The translations under genes were made by a program, and so were the position numbers. A stretch of 64,000 bases of DNA. Origin: Octopus bimaculoides (taxonomy: Eukaryota). The DNA is taken from contig NC_068997.1 of NCBI RefSeq assembly GCF_001194135.2, forward strand, positions 54,826,099-54,890,098, in the 5' to 3' direction. Of the stretch, positions 45,403 through 59,289 are shown in pieces (the stretch's first letter is position 1; the number at the start of each line of letters is the position of its first letter). Below the pieces are notes generated by a model. It saw nothing but the letters and a program-made list of their open reading frames with translations. It ran no database searches and had not been told where the DNA came from.

Positions 45403-48400
45403 CTGTGGAAGAAATATTGTCTCAAAATGATGAAAGTTGAGAGCAAATGTTAGTTATCCCTTTGATGGTACCAAGAGAAACTGGAGCAGTAATGAGTCTT
45501 AAGACTGTGTGATGGTGTGGTGTGTTGAAGGGTTGAAACATTTTGCTTTTTTTTTTTATTAGAGAAATTTTTCTCACTACAAACTGATCAGCTGTTGTAA
45601 TTGATTTTTTCATGTTCAAAGTTCATCGATGTATCCAGGTAAGTTTGTCAACAGATGGCTGCTGGGAGGGGCCTCATATCACAATCATCATCATGTCTTC
45701 TTTTCCATGTCTGCAGATGATCTTCCTGCTGCCAACCCACACCCCTTTCCAAGCAAGGTAATATTTCTCCAAAGTCAGACAGATTTTTTGTCTAAGATTG
45801 AAAATGAACAAAATGTTTTTTATGACAATGACACCCCCACACATGACAAGCTTCTTTTAGTTTCCATCTACCAAATGCTCTCACAAAGTTTTTGCTGGTC
45901 TGTGACTATAATAAAACATTCTTACCCTAGCTGCTGTGCCATGAAACTGATCTGAAAACCACGTAGTTGGGAAGCAAGTTTCTTAACCTCACAACCATTC
46001 CTACACCTTTGTGAGTTCAAAACCGTTGGCATGCTTTCAGTAAATTAATGCTCTTGTTGACTAAAGTTTTATTCATATCAGTCATTTGGATAATACTGGT
46101 GGACCCTAATGCTCAGTCATAACAGATGTATGAAGATTTGAACTTACTGTTATATATTTGACCTTCATTGTAGTTGAACAGCCAATTCTAAGCAATTAGG
46201 GTTTGCAGAACAGGTTGTAAATTCATCCTTTCAAATCACTCAGTACAAATCATGACTCATGAGACTTGCATTCAGGTGATTTTCTTGAGTCACAATCTCA
46301 CCCTTCTTTGCTTAGGTGTCACAAGGTTACCACCTATTTACAGCTGAGTGGACTGAGCATCCTGAAATGAAGTGCTTTGCTCAAGAACACAATGCATAGC
46401 TGGTCTGAGAATTGAAACCATAATCTCGTGATCTTGAGTGCAACACCCTAGTGTCTTGGCCACATCTTATATTATAGCACATATCAATATATATTCTGCT
46501 TAATTTTCTTAAAATGCTTCTTTTGTTTAAAATTACTGAATATATTTTGTTAAAGTTTTACAATGTTTAGAAAATCCAAGTTATGCAAAAATATTTTACC
46601 ATTTTCCAAAGTTAAAGAAGAATAATAAAATAATAACCTGAATATTAGAATATTTAATACCCAAGTCATTGGGTGAATATATCTAAAAGTTCTTAGACCA
46701 ATGAAGCAAAACATCATTTTGGGCGAATAAAATACACCGCTTGAATTGGAAGAGATATTAAATGAGCATCAAGTGGAGATAAATAGCCTTCGAAAACAGT
46801 CACTTCATTAAGGCTTCAGACAACGAAGAAAATATGCAGGTGAGAATTTAATTAAAAAGAGATCAATAATTGAACTGCACTCAAAAGTACCATCATCGGT
46901 TTAATTCAATACTTTATAGATTGTATTAAGTTCAATACTTTTTAGATTGTGTTGAGTCATAGCTTAAATATATTGTATGTTATGCAAAGAAGAGAAGCAG
47001 GGAGAAAGAATATTTGAAAAGATCAACGATCCATGAAAAATGAAGCACATTATACAAGAGTAACGTTTGAAGTAGTTGCATAATAAAATGGTAGTGAATG
47101 GTTGAAGAGTGAAGTGAAGTGTAAAATATAAACTAATGAAACTATGAAATAATTCCCAAGAGCAACAGATTGAAAAACAACAATTATTTCACTGATTCTG
47201 CTGAAATGGAAGAAACCATTTGTCAGTGACCACATGGTTGAAGTTTTGATATTGCAATTAAGTTTTCTTTCAGCCAGACAAAGGACCATGAAAAGTGGGC
47301 AAAGCAATTATATTTTAATCTGTGAATAGGAGTTTTATTATCTAAAAGTAGCAGTTATTACACATGCACATGCACACTCACAATTAGGCCAGGTTTTGCA
47401 AAATATTGATTTCAAATTTTGGCTTAAGGCCAGCAAGTTTGGGAGAGGGGGTGAGTTGATTATATTGAGCCCCAGTGATCAAATGCTGCTTATTTTATTG
47501 CCCCCCCCCCCACCAAAAAAAAAAGGATGAAAGACAAAGTTGATTTAGCAGAATTTGAACTCAGGATGTAAAGACAGACAAGACACTGCCAAGCATGCTA
47601 ATGATTCTACCAGCTTGTCTTAAGTTTTGCAAAATATTGGATCAAATTAAATGAAGGAACTTATATATTAGCCATGGGAATAAAAATATTAAAGTGCATT
47701 ATAACATGAGAAATATAAACAAACTCTTTGACATCAAATACAATGCAGATATCATCTTAAAAGACTGTCTCTGATTGCTTCAAAGAATTTTACAGCTAAG
47801 GAATTAGGTCCCAGTTTTATGTCATATTTATCATTTTGGTTCCTTGTGATTGTTTTAGACCCATTCTGTTTATTGATATGAACTGTTATTTTTGTGAAAC
47901 AATTAATTTTCAAATAACCAAATATACTGTTTCATCTATGGAGCTCTCAGCCGTAAAATATGAGCAAGGGAAAGAATGATAGAGTAAGAAGAGTCATGAA
48001 TCTAACTGAATGTTCCAGAACATTGAGTCCAGTAATAAAATCCGATAATCCAGTATCTTCATTTCACTGTTGTTATGCTTCTCCTTCAGTTTAATCATTT
48101 GTTCATTTGGATATTTGCTTCTACTGCAGAGATCTGCATTAATGGTCAGCTTCCCTGTAAATTTTTGAATTTTTCCCTACTATTGTTATCATTATTATAT
48201 AGTTTATATATATAATTATTATTTTAGTATAATTTAACCACAAGGTTGTATAGCATGCTGGTCACTTGATATTATCATCTACATGATTTTATCCTTGTTT
48301 ATATAAATATACATATATGTGTGTGTGTACATGTATGTATGTGTGTGCATGTCTTTGTTTGTCCCCCACACTGCTTGAAAGCTGGTGTTTGTTTGTATCC

Positions 48401-49852
48401 TCATAATTTATTGATTTGTGACGAGGAACTAATAGAATAAGTGTGCTGGACATAAAAGAAATAAATGCTAAGGTCAATTTGCTTGACTAAACTCTTCAAG
48501 ATGTGCTGCTCCAGCATGGCTGCTTTCTAGTGATTGAAACAAATGAAAGACTTTACCTGAAGACAATTTTCAAACTACATATAGTTAAAAAGAAATCTAA
48601 GGAAGACTAACCCAACTTTTAGTTACATTAACAGATTTTGTCATCTTAAAAATGGTAAAAATATTCTCTTCACAAACTTTCACTTTTTAGTAGCAAACTC
48701 TTAAAAGAATGCTAGAATATTCTATTTACATGCAACAATACTGTTAGGTGACTAGTAACCTCTTCGTTTGTATCATAAGGTTCATTAAAACATTATGCCA
48801 AAAATAATTTTGGAAATATCAATATCAACTAAGTGAATTTGTTATTAGATTTCAAAAGTTTAGAATAAAATCAACAAATACAAAATAAAATGGATTTGAA
48901 ATTTTATTAATTCTGATGATGCCTAAAATTACTTAGATGAAAATATATTGAATAATAATGTAAAATTCAAATAAATATCGCTTCCTTACAGTTTGAGATG
49001 GCTTAAAGGCCAAATCTAAAAGTAAATTTCCATATGTTGCAATATGAAATGGCTAAGATAGGATTACAGAATGTATATTTTCGACTGACAAGAAAATAAG
49101 ATTCTTGAAAGCTAAGTTTAACTTAACGGTGTAAATGAAAAAAAAAAAAGAGGATAAAACAGAAAAAAAACGAAAGTAGATATATTCCTAAATCCTATGT
49201 GATTATTTTGGGATGTGTGAAAAGAAATATATAGTTTATAGTAAAATATCAAAAGAATATAAATTTTTATTTTCAATGCTAACGTCTGAATGCAGGTTTT
49301 ACATTTTATTTGACCCTTCAGCAATTGAAAACAAGAGAAAATAACAATTGGCTTGCAGCTATTGAAATATTTTCTTCATTATTAATATTTTATAGAAGAG
49401 ATTCCTTCAGGCCTATTTGCTGCACCTATTTTAGCAAGCAGCTTGCTTTACCAAAATATCAAAAAAAAGAAGAAAGAAAAAAATACTAATAATAAAGAAG
49501 TGTAAGAAAGCTTTATATTACCATTATCGATTCTATTCCACTTGAAGAGATGAAGAATATAATCATATGAATGAATAGACTAGAAATAGTAGGTATTCTT
49601 GTACAAAATAGTTATTATTTCTGTCTTTATTGACATGTGTTGTTATCTTATGATTTCATGACTTGAAATGAAACGCATTGATGCAAACTTTTTTAGATTC
49701 CTGACACATCGTAACAAATGAAGCATTTTTTTTTTGTTTAGTTTGTGTTTTCTTTGTTGTTGTTGCTGTTGTTGTATAAAGTTTTTCAAGTTAATGTGAG
49801 GGGAACATTAGCTCCATATTGTATTTTGAAAACAATTCACGAGTTACACCAC

Positions 49853-49895
<43 letters not shown>

Positions 49896-50254
49896 GTGTA
49901 TATGACTTCATAGATTTGAAAGCTGTCATGTAATTTTAATGTTCACCTCCTACACACGTAAATAGGTGAGAGGATATCAATTGTGAGTTTGATAGTAATT
50001 GAGGTGTGGAGTAGAGAAACAGCAAGATCAATTCAAGGTGACACTTTATTTATTTATTATATTTTAGAAAATCGAACAGAAATGGTATAATCAATTCCAC
50101 CGCTCTCTTTCTCTCTCTCTCTCATGGATATTATTACTATTCATTTGATATGTCATTAACGGTAATAGATCAATTGAAAAAAGAAAATCCAGGTCAAAAA
50201 CTACTTATGTAATGTTTTTATCTTAAGCTGTGTGATAGAGGGGTTGTGATGTAG

Positions 50255-50455
50255 ATCTGTCACGACACATTTTCAGGTATGTAAGGTACATCACAGAACT
50301 TTTGATATCAGATATTTTCAGATGGACAGGGTACATCACATATCTGGCACAGTCACACAATTTCAAATAGACAGTGTATATAGCAGAACTGACAGTATCA
50401 CACTTTCTCAACTCTGTATTGTATAGAAATGTTGCACAGTCACACATTTTCAGCT
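50255..50455. repeat. Degenerate ~45-bp minisatellite (4-5 units)
   Basis: Recurring acacattttcag...gtacatcacagaact...cagtc motif at roughly 42-48-bp spacing. Confidence 0.7.
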
Positions 50456-51281
50456 CAGCAGAAGTAATCTTATGGAGTAAGTTCTCTCTAACTTATCAAA
50501 TAACATTTGTTTTTGTTCCCACCCTTAAAAAAAGACAGCAAGATTAGAAGACTTATTTACTTTCTTCTGAAGGAACTCTAAGAAGAAATGTAAAAGAGGG
50601 AATTGTTGAAATCATCTTACAGCTTTATTAAGTTCTGCAGCCAAATTCAGATAATCAAGTGCTCGGTGACATTTTGTGAAACACTCCTTAATAGATACTT
50701 AGACATTTCCGTAGAAGACATTTCTCCTTAAAAGTCTATTAAAGAGAAATAAGGTAACAAGACGCAATCCTCTAAGTGTACTGGCTCAAGTGTCTCTAAA
50801 GGTAATAAAGCAACAATAGAAATAAGATAGGCAAGTAGATAAAGAATTAAACTTTCTAGTCATTGGTTGTGAGTTCAAACCTGCTACTTGTGCTTCACTG
50901 TGTTCCTAGTTACATTTTATTTTATATTGCTTCTATGTTATATAACATAGAACTAACAATGAAATGAAAAGGCATAAAATAAATATAATTTAAAGCTAAT
51001 TTACATGAAATATGAGGTAGACAACAATCAATAAAAGTAATGAGTTATAATGTAACTAGCTCTTAACTTTATAGACAAGCGTCATATACATGCACACATA
51101 TATACATTCATATGTCTGCACATATATATACTGATATATATTCACTCATACAGATACATTCATACACAAGCACACTCACATACATATACATTTGTATATG
51201 TATGCACAGGTATACATAAGCACACATATGTTATGCATATGTGTGTATATATTTACATTTATCTACACAAACATTCATGTA

Positions 51282-51337
<56 letters not shown>

Positions 51338-51344
51338 ATCATTA

Positions 51345-51500
51345 TCATCATCATTTAATGTCTGTTTTCTATGCTGGCATGGGTTGGATGGTTTGAGAGG
51401 AGCTGTACCAAGTTCTATTGATTTGTCATGGTTTCTACAACTGGATGCCCTTCCTAATGCCAACCAGATTACAGACAGTACTGGGTGTTTCTAACATGGC
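51345..51500 (-). mobile_element. RTE 3'UTR copy
   Basis: atcatcatcatttaatgtctgttttctatgctggcatgggttggatggtttg...ctggatgcccttcctaatgccaacca. Confidence 0.8.
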
Positions 51501-51974
51501 AGCAGTACGGACAGAGATACCAAGTACCTTACAAGACAAGTTATATTTATGTATATATATATATAACTTTTTTTTGTGCATGTGTGTGTGCGTATATAGA
51601 CGTGTTTGTGCGTGCATGCACGTATATAGACGTGGTTTACTCGTTTTTTTACACATTTTTCTGCATTTTACCTTTAGCCCTGTTTTTTCTTGTGCATGTG
51701 CATATATAGACATGTGTATGAACTTTTTTGTGCATGCATGTATGCGGGTATGTATATATTTTTTGGCGAATGTGCAGGTGAGCATATGTGTGTTTCAAAT
51801 GAGGGTGGATGAGTATACACATATAGGTGCATGTACGATTACTATGAACATTTTTACTCCCTTAACTTTTACTCTCATTACTTAGCGCTCATTCTAATAG
51901 CTCTTTTGTCTTAATAACAGTCAATCACACAGAAATTTCCCTTTGTTTAACGGTCATTTCCATCGTATTTTTTA

Positions 51975-52053
51975 CGATGGCCCGATAACTGAAGAGATAC
52001 CAGAGTGGATTTCCACCCCCACACCCGAAACTCGGAGTTTTATCATAGCTACC
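51975..52053 (+). ncRNA. Type I hammerhead ribozyme-like motif (Penelope-type, minimal stem III), with partly decayed stem II
   Basis: GATAA(51984-88)-CTGAAGA(51989-95)-G..GTGG ATTT CCAC..C-GAAA(52027-30)-CTC G GAG-TT|TTATC(52040-44). All invariant core nucleotides are present, stem I GATAA/TTATC is perfect, and the cleavage triplet is GUU. Confidence 0.6.
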
Positions 52054-52097
52054 GAATAATTGTCACATATTATATTTACAGATACATACATACATAC

Positions 52098-52131
<34 letters not shown>

Positions 52132-52229
52132 TCTTCTACATACATATGCACCTTATTATAGACATTCATATATTTTCATACATATCAGAGAATGCCACTT
52201 CTCATCAGATCCTAGGATTTTAAGTCTTC

Positions 52230-52600
52230 AGACTGTAGAATATTCTTATGAATTCTGCTTTACAGCTCTTCAGCAAATTTTGCAATGAAGAACAAGTTGT
52301 TAACATAAAGTAGTTCTCAGAGTCTTTGAGATATGCACCCGTGCATTAATCTTCAATAATTTTAACCAATAAAAGAAGACCAAGAATTTAACATAGTGCA
52401 TTGAATTCTTCACAGAATTTTCTAAGCATCTTTATTTTGTTTGCTGTATCCTCATACATGGCAGGACTGGCTCTCGTATAAGCCTCTCATTGATATTTGA
52501 CTTTCTCAACATGCACCAGTCCTCAGAATGTAGCTGTTCTTACAGCCAATTCTAGTTCACTATTGGCTTTCTGAATATATTTCTTGCATTAGTAGCTCTA
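52230..52600 (-). mobile_element. Decayed RTE LINE reverse transcriptase fragment
   Basis: WCMLRKSNINERLIR / AMYEDTANKIKMLRKFCEEFN match WWxLRKLGIxEWLVRxVxAMY...KVRV...SEEF. Confidence 0.6.
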
Positions 52601-53482
52601 GAAATGTGAAGATTTTGCAAAGTCAGAAATAATGTAAAGCTAATGGAAGTTCTTGCTTTAACATCGAATTGGTTGGCTTGTTTGTCCTTTTTCTGTAATA
52701 AATTAGCTATCAGCAATTTTATCAAATTCTATCTTGGTTACTGAATGGAAGTGTATTGGGCTGATGAGGCCTATGCACACACACACACACGCCCACACAA
52801 TGACTTATGGGATATAGCCAAAGATTTTAGTTGTCACTATATTCATAAATTAATTAGACAATTTAATCAAATTAACTAGGTTCATGAGATAGACACACAC
52901 ACATATATGAGTATACACACTCATATATCTGTACATATGTATGTGTATTCATATGTGTGAATATTTGTGTGCATCTATGTAATTGTGTGTGTGTATATGT
53001 CTCTATATGTATATTTGTGTATATGTATTACATACGTGTATCTTGTGAGAAACAGTTGTTTTAGCATATACACTGCAATCAACTCTGATAAATGAGCAAA
53101 ACGGCCATTTTTATGAGGGCTTCTTGGGTTGCCTGGCATAAGGAGTGTCTTTGCAGATGTTGATGCATGGTTAACTCTGAATAAAAGCGGCCTTAGGGTA
53201 TATATTGTTACTAATGTGCAAAAGTGTTGTAAGTCCAAAACGTTGCTTTATCAGAAAATGTAAAAATAGTTTCACCATTTCATAGCAAAATGTTGTACTA
53301 CACTTTGACAATATTTTATATCTTGGCAGTTGAAGCAGCTGGATATATGATAGCTTGACCAAAAGAACTGGCTATTGCAAGCAAAAATAAATATTGAAAG
53401 AAAAATGCATTTGGTCAAATTTGGACATACAATTTAACATAATGGCGACGATACATATACACACACACATACATGCTTGTAT

Positions 53483-53572
53483 GTATATAATGTCTATGTA
53501 TATATACAATTATGTGTGTATATGTACGTATATAATGTCTATGTATATATACAATTATGTGTGTATATGTAC
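53483..53572. repeat. Perfect 45-bp tandem duplication inside a microsatellite-like field
   Basis: gtatataatgtctatgtatatatacaattatgtgtgtatatgtac occurs twice. Confidence 0.95.
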
Positions 53573-53991
53573 GAATATATGCAATGTACATATACGTGTG
53601 TGTGTGCGTGTAAGATAGAGAAAGCAATTAAATCAGAGATCATATTGCTGGGGTGTGGCAGCATCTTTCTGTCTATTAGCAAAAACACAAACAACCCATT
53701 ACTTATATTCTTTGCTCTTCAGTGCTCTACCAGCTGCCAGGTTATATTTACACTTAAATATCAACCTGTCTACCACACAGTGTGTGTCTAGATTAAATCT
53801 AAACTTTTCTTGAGTCTTGTTATATAATTTTTCTATTTTGTACTCTATTTCAAATTCCAGACAATATATACCATATGAAATATGCCCTCAATTTCAAAAT
53901 TTTTCTAATTCCAACTATACACATATATACCTATGTAGGTATTATATATATGTATGCATACACATGTGCGTGTTATTTGCATACATATGTG

Positions 53992-54038
<47 letters not shown>

Positions 54039-56745
54039 TACCTATATATATGCATTATATCTGTGCATAGATGTGTATATACACATATACACACATACAG
54101 ACATTCACATGTGTGTGTATACACACACACACACATACACACACACACATATATATATATATACTTACCTGTTTTATTCAGACCATCTTACCTTGTTTCT
54201 TTGCTTATATTTTACGTAATCAATGAACTGTGAGAAATGATATCTGAGAATGTGTAGATCAAACATTATATTGTGACAGCTGGTTGATTTAGAAGGAACT
54301 GATGTGAAACTAATTCGTGGGTGGGGGCGGGGGGAGAAAAATATCTAGTTTCCAAGAATGCTATCATGCAAAAGAACACCTTCTGATAACAGAGTTTACA
54401 ATGGAAATAATCTATAGTTGTTGCTGTTGTATATATATAGAGTACATGATTGTCAGGCAAATATTGCCAATCATATGATGCTGTATTACAAAGGCACTGC
54501 AATTTTTTTATTTTCTGCTTTAGTTTTCTTTATATTTTGTGATTTCTCAAGAAATTGTCATTTAGCTTTACTTGTTTACTTTTAACCCAAATTGGTTTGA
54601 AATATTATTTCTTCCTTTATATACGCACATAGACACACACATGTCGTCATCATCACCATTGTTTTAGTGTCCAATTTCCCAAGCTTGCATGGGTCAGATG
54701 GAGTTCATTAAGGCAAACTTTCTATGGGCTGATATTTTTCTTCTTGCCAGCCCTTACCTGTTTTCAAATAAGGTAATATTTCTACATGGCTGGATATGTT
54801 TCCTTGGAAAATTGGAAATAAAGGACACTGCGTGTATGATGTTGGCAATCTTGCTTCCAGTTATCACATGCTATTAAGATAAGGAGATGCGTATGCACAC
54901 ACACACACACACACTAAATGCTGGTATTTTGAACTCATTTAACATGCTTGTTTCAAGTTTGCATAATATATAATAGAAAATGCATCCGTAACATCAACCT
55001 TCCTCAGTTAAAGCGTTTCAAAGATGCACATGTATGATAGGTTTCTTTCAGTTTCTGTTTAATAATTTTACTCATGAGGCTTTGGTCAGCCCACAGCTAC
55101 AGTAGAAAACATTTGCTTTAGATACTGTGTTGTAGGGCTGAATCCAAAACTGTGTAGTCAGTTAGCATACTGCTTAACCATACAGCCATGCTCAACTGAA
55201 TGTCTGTATGTGTATATGTATGTCATCATTATCATTTTATGTCCACATTCTATATTGGCAGGAGTTGTATGAATGAGCAAATGAAAGAAAGTAGCATTCT
55301 ACACATTTAGTAGGAATTGAAGTATTTCATAACGGATTTGTTTAAAGTTTCATAGGCGTAGATACTTGTCTACATCCTCAGATGTATGCAGTCAGTGCAA
55401 AAAAAAAGGAAGTTTTTAACATGACTTCTGGGTGAGAATGTTTGGACTTCCATTGGTCAGTTGAATACCCCAGCAATATATTGATGCCAGCTAACTGTAC
55501 ATATGTCCCTTGAATTAGAAGAGACAGCTTGTAAGTGTTATATAGATCTTTCTTCTACACTGAGTTACATACACTTGTCATTCTCACCATCATATAATGA
55601 ACAGTCCATTAGAAACCTGTAACCAATGATACTTTTTAATAGTTTCAAAATAAAAAGGAAATTAATTAGCAATTGGCTTAGTCCCCTTATGTTAATCAAA
55701 TGAACTGATCCTGTAAAATATTTTCATTTCCTAAATACGAAACCAGATTCCATAAACCATACAACTTGTTTTCTGTTATTTTCTTTCCTTATGGTCCAAC
55801 AAACCACAAATTATTTGTTTGATAACATCAAATGTACACATGTGAAAGCAACACCTCGTAAAAATCTTCTTTGCAGATTCAGAAAGTAGCTCTTACTAAT
55901 AGCTTTATAAGATCATTCCAAAACTACCTTTTTATAAATTTTTTCAGTTAGTAAATGAAGACATTTAACTTGCAGTAAATAAAAGAAACAAAAACATTGT
56001 ATAGATAAATTATTACTATGGAATAACGAAATAGCATTTATTAAAATCTATTTAGAAAACTCAAGTATTTTTCATCAAATGCAATCAATTATGAAATATG
56101 TTTCCTCACTATTTATAAGACATTTAGGAAAATACAAATTTACAAAATTATACAGCATTATCTTATTTGAATTGTTGTACAGTTATGAATAGAGTTGAGA
56201 GGGAAATGTAGGCAATTTTAAGAGCCTGGAGATGACAGTAACAATCACTTATCATTAAGTATGCATTGCCTTGTTTTTTACTTAAGTTTTTCTTTAATTT
56301 GATATGTTGCATTTGTGGCCATCATTGCTTATATGTTTTGAACAAACCAATCACAGCTTCATCATAATTTACCAACGTATTCTTGTCAAAGTTTAATTCT
56401 TTTGTTACCGTATTGCTATTAAGATCTTTGTTTCAATTAAATTTAAAGTAACAAAGAATTTAGTAAAATAACTTTGTCAGTATTAAGCTATTTGTAACAA
56501 ATTAACCTCATATTTTACTTGAAGGCTTTAATTTACTACACTTTAAAACAAGAAATTTACATCATAGAACCTGGTGCAATTTCTTATGGTTTAATATAAA
56601 AACAGTTAATCTGTTGGTGATGTACATACACACATATACGATGGGTATTGCTCAACCCTGAGATTATTGTAGGAAAGTGCTTCCACAAGCTGTGGTGCTG
56701 TGGGATCAAAACCATAGTTGCAAGTGAACACTTTAACAATATATA

Positions 56746-57132
56746 GGCACAGGAGTGGTTGTGTGGTAAGAAGCCTACTTCCCAACCACATGGTTCCTGG
56801 TTCAGTCCCACTGTGTGGCACCTTGGGCAAGTGTCCTCTACTATAGCCTTGGGCCGACCAAAGCCTTGTGAGTGGATTTGGCAGATGGAAACTGAAAGAA
56901 GCCCGTTGTGTATATACATATACGTATCTACGTATTTATGTGTCTGTGCTTGTTTCCCCACCATTGCTTGACAATCATTTACGTCCCTGTAAGTTAGCAG
57001 TTCAGCAAAAGAGACCAATAGATTAAGTACTAAGCTTACAAAGAATAAGTCCTGGGGTCAATTTGTTCAACTAAAGGCAGTGCTCCAGCATGGCCACAGT
57101 CAAATGACTCAAACAAGTGAAAGAATAAAAGA
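56746..57132 (+). mobile_element. Full-length tRNA-derived SINE (family A reference copy)
   Basis: A-box-like TGGTTGTGTGG (about 56756), B-box-like GGTTCAGTCCC (56799-56809), internal microsatellite, and tail ...ctccagcatggccacagtcaaatgactcaaacaagtgaaagaataaaag. Other fragments lie at about 12000-12090, 20440-20540, 33465-33900, 45850-46010, 48330-48550, 55020-55195, 57200-57300 and 58230-58420. tRNA-derived octopus SINE families are described in the literature, but I cannot assign which one this is. Confidence 0.92.
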
Positions 57133-58524
57133 AAATCCATGAGACAATGGTTTAATGCACTAATTTTTGCATCAAAATCTATAAATTAACAAATAAAAGA
57201 CAGGTGTAGCAGTCTGCTTCCCAACTGCATGGTACCTTGGACAAATGCCAACCAATACTTTGTGAATAGATATGATAGATGGAAACTGGAAGAAGCCTGT
57301 CATGTATGTGTGTGTGAGAGAGAGAGAGATAGTGTGTGTACATGTGTCTCCTTGTCTTGCATAACAGTTGTGAGTATCACTGTCATACAAGCAGTGTCAT
57401 TTCATTTCTGATCCTGGCCATGGAGAAATATGGAAAAAGGTGAGGGTTGGTGCCAGAGAAAGACATCTGGCTGTTGAAAATCTGCTTCAATTAGCTCTGT
57501 CTGACTCCTGGAACAATGTATGTTAAAATGATGAGGATAACAACAACAAACAGGAAATAATGTGAAAGAAAAACTAAAATCCTTTTTAAATAATATGTCG
57601 GTGACTATGAAAGTGTATTTATTAAAAGTGGAAGTAACTTTAGATTCTTGAAGCAGTTTTGAGAGTAAACTAAAACACCGTAAACTACATTCGAAAAAAA
57701 ATGTATAAACAAAATATATAACAAAAAATATAAAGTGGATTAGATTGTGTAGATAATAGAAAATAAACGTGAGACTGTGTCAACAGCGTCATATATATTT
57801 AGATTGAAAAGGCAGCTGACCTGCAAATAAATAGCAGAGTTGATCTAGGAGAGTCAAATAACAGACAGAATTTCTAAAATCAACAGCTTATATCAGCAAC
57901 TGTGGCAAATTAGAGTTGTCAAGATTTTTAATGTGTGCCTGTGTATGCTTGTATCTCCATTTATATATAAGTATACAGATGTAGGTATACATGCCCCAAC
58001 ATGCATGCATAAATATATACCTATATATGTATGTGTATATATAAATGTATATGCTAGATACATTAATGTGCACGTATGTACATTTACGTTATACACAAAT
58101 ACACATGCTCAGATGTTTATATGCTTGTGTGTATGTACACACATATACATACACATGCATATACAACAGATTCCTGGAGCAGCATTGTGAGACTCATTTC
58201 AGTTGCAGACAGTTAAAAAGGATTACACACACACACACACACACACATCTTTTTCCTTTTCTTTTACTTGTTTCAGTTATTAGACTGTAGCCATGCTGGG
58301 GCACTGCCTTGAAGAAATTTTAGCTGAAAGAATTGAGCCCAATACTTATTTTTTTTATAAGCCTGGACTGGCATTCTGTTCAGGGATGGGGATACTAGTC
58401 AACTCACCTAACCAGCAGGGGAGGGGAAACATTATTGAAAAGCTACAGCACAGCAATGTGCAGAAGCGCATTGTGACCAGTGGTGTATAATACCACCTAA
58501 TAGTCTGTTCACTACAATAAAGTA

Positions 58525-58581
<57 letters not shown>

Positions 58582-58619
58582 CGGGCGACACATGNNNNNN
58601 NNNNTATATATATATATGT

Positions 58620-59200
58620 GTGTGTGCGGGCGACACATGAAACCTTTCGAGCGAGATCGTTGCCGGTGCCCCTGGACTGACTCTTGTGAGGGTGACACAT
58701 GAAATTTCTCGAGCAAGATCGTTGCCAGTGCCCCTGGGCTAGCTCTTGTGCGGCTGACACATAAAATTTTCTAAGCGAGATCGTTGCCAGTGACCCTGAA
58801 CTGGCTCTTGTGCGGGGCCGTCGTAGGATTTTCGATCGACATCATTGCCAGTGCCCCTGAACTGGCTCTTGTGCGGGTGACACATGAATTTTTTTTCTTT
58901 TTTTTTTGAGCGAGATCGTTGCCAGTGCCCCTGGACTGGCTCTTGTACGGGTGGCACATGAAATGCACCATTTTGAGCGTGGCCGTTGCCAGTACCGCCT
59001 GACTGGCCTTCGTGTGGGTGACACGTAAAAGCACCCACTACACTCTCTGAGTGGTTGGCGTTAGGAAGGGCATCCAGCTGTAGAAACTCTGCCAAATCAG
59101 ATTGGAGCCTGGTGTAGCCATCTGGTTTCACCAGTCCTCAGTCAAATCGTCCAACCCATGCTAGCATGGAAAGCGGACGTTAAACAATGAAGACGACGAT
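58620..59200 (+). mobile_element. Young RTE 3'UTR-derived copy with a ~62-bp tandem array (about 6 units)
   Basis: The unit tgtgcgggtgacacatgaaa..ttt.gagcgagatcgttgccagtgcccctggactggctct repeats from about 58622 to 59010. It is followed by the standard UTR core and the tail ggacgttaaacaatgaagacgacgat. Confidence 0.92.
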
Positions 59201-59289
59201 AGGAAAATTGTTGCCATTTTATATTTTTAATTTCATGTATGCACATTGTTTGTATTTGATTTGGTCAATTACACAGTATTGTAGGGTCA

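Noticed and set aside
50820-50890. tRNA-like A/B-box stretch; similar heads occur throughout the window
   Set aside because: No cloverleaf or acceptor stem; these are SINE heads, not tRNA genes.
52761-52775. CTGATGAGGCC hammerhead-like start; also a minus-strand CTGATGAG near 52200
   Set aside because: Neither has a closing stem II followed by GAAA or a stem I partner.
58561-58638. Duplicated (TA)n(TG)n-cgggcgacacatg on both sides of the N gap
   Set aside because: Most likely an unmerged contig overlap (assembly artefact).
58622-59010. Regular ~62-bp repeats superficially like a CRISPR array
   Set aside because: Whole units are homologous with no unique spacers, there are no cas genes, and the array is part of a eukaryotic retroposon UTR.
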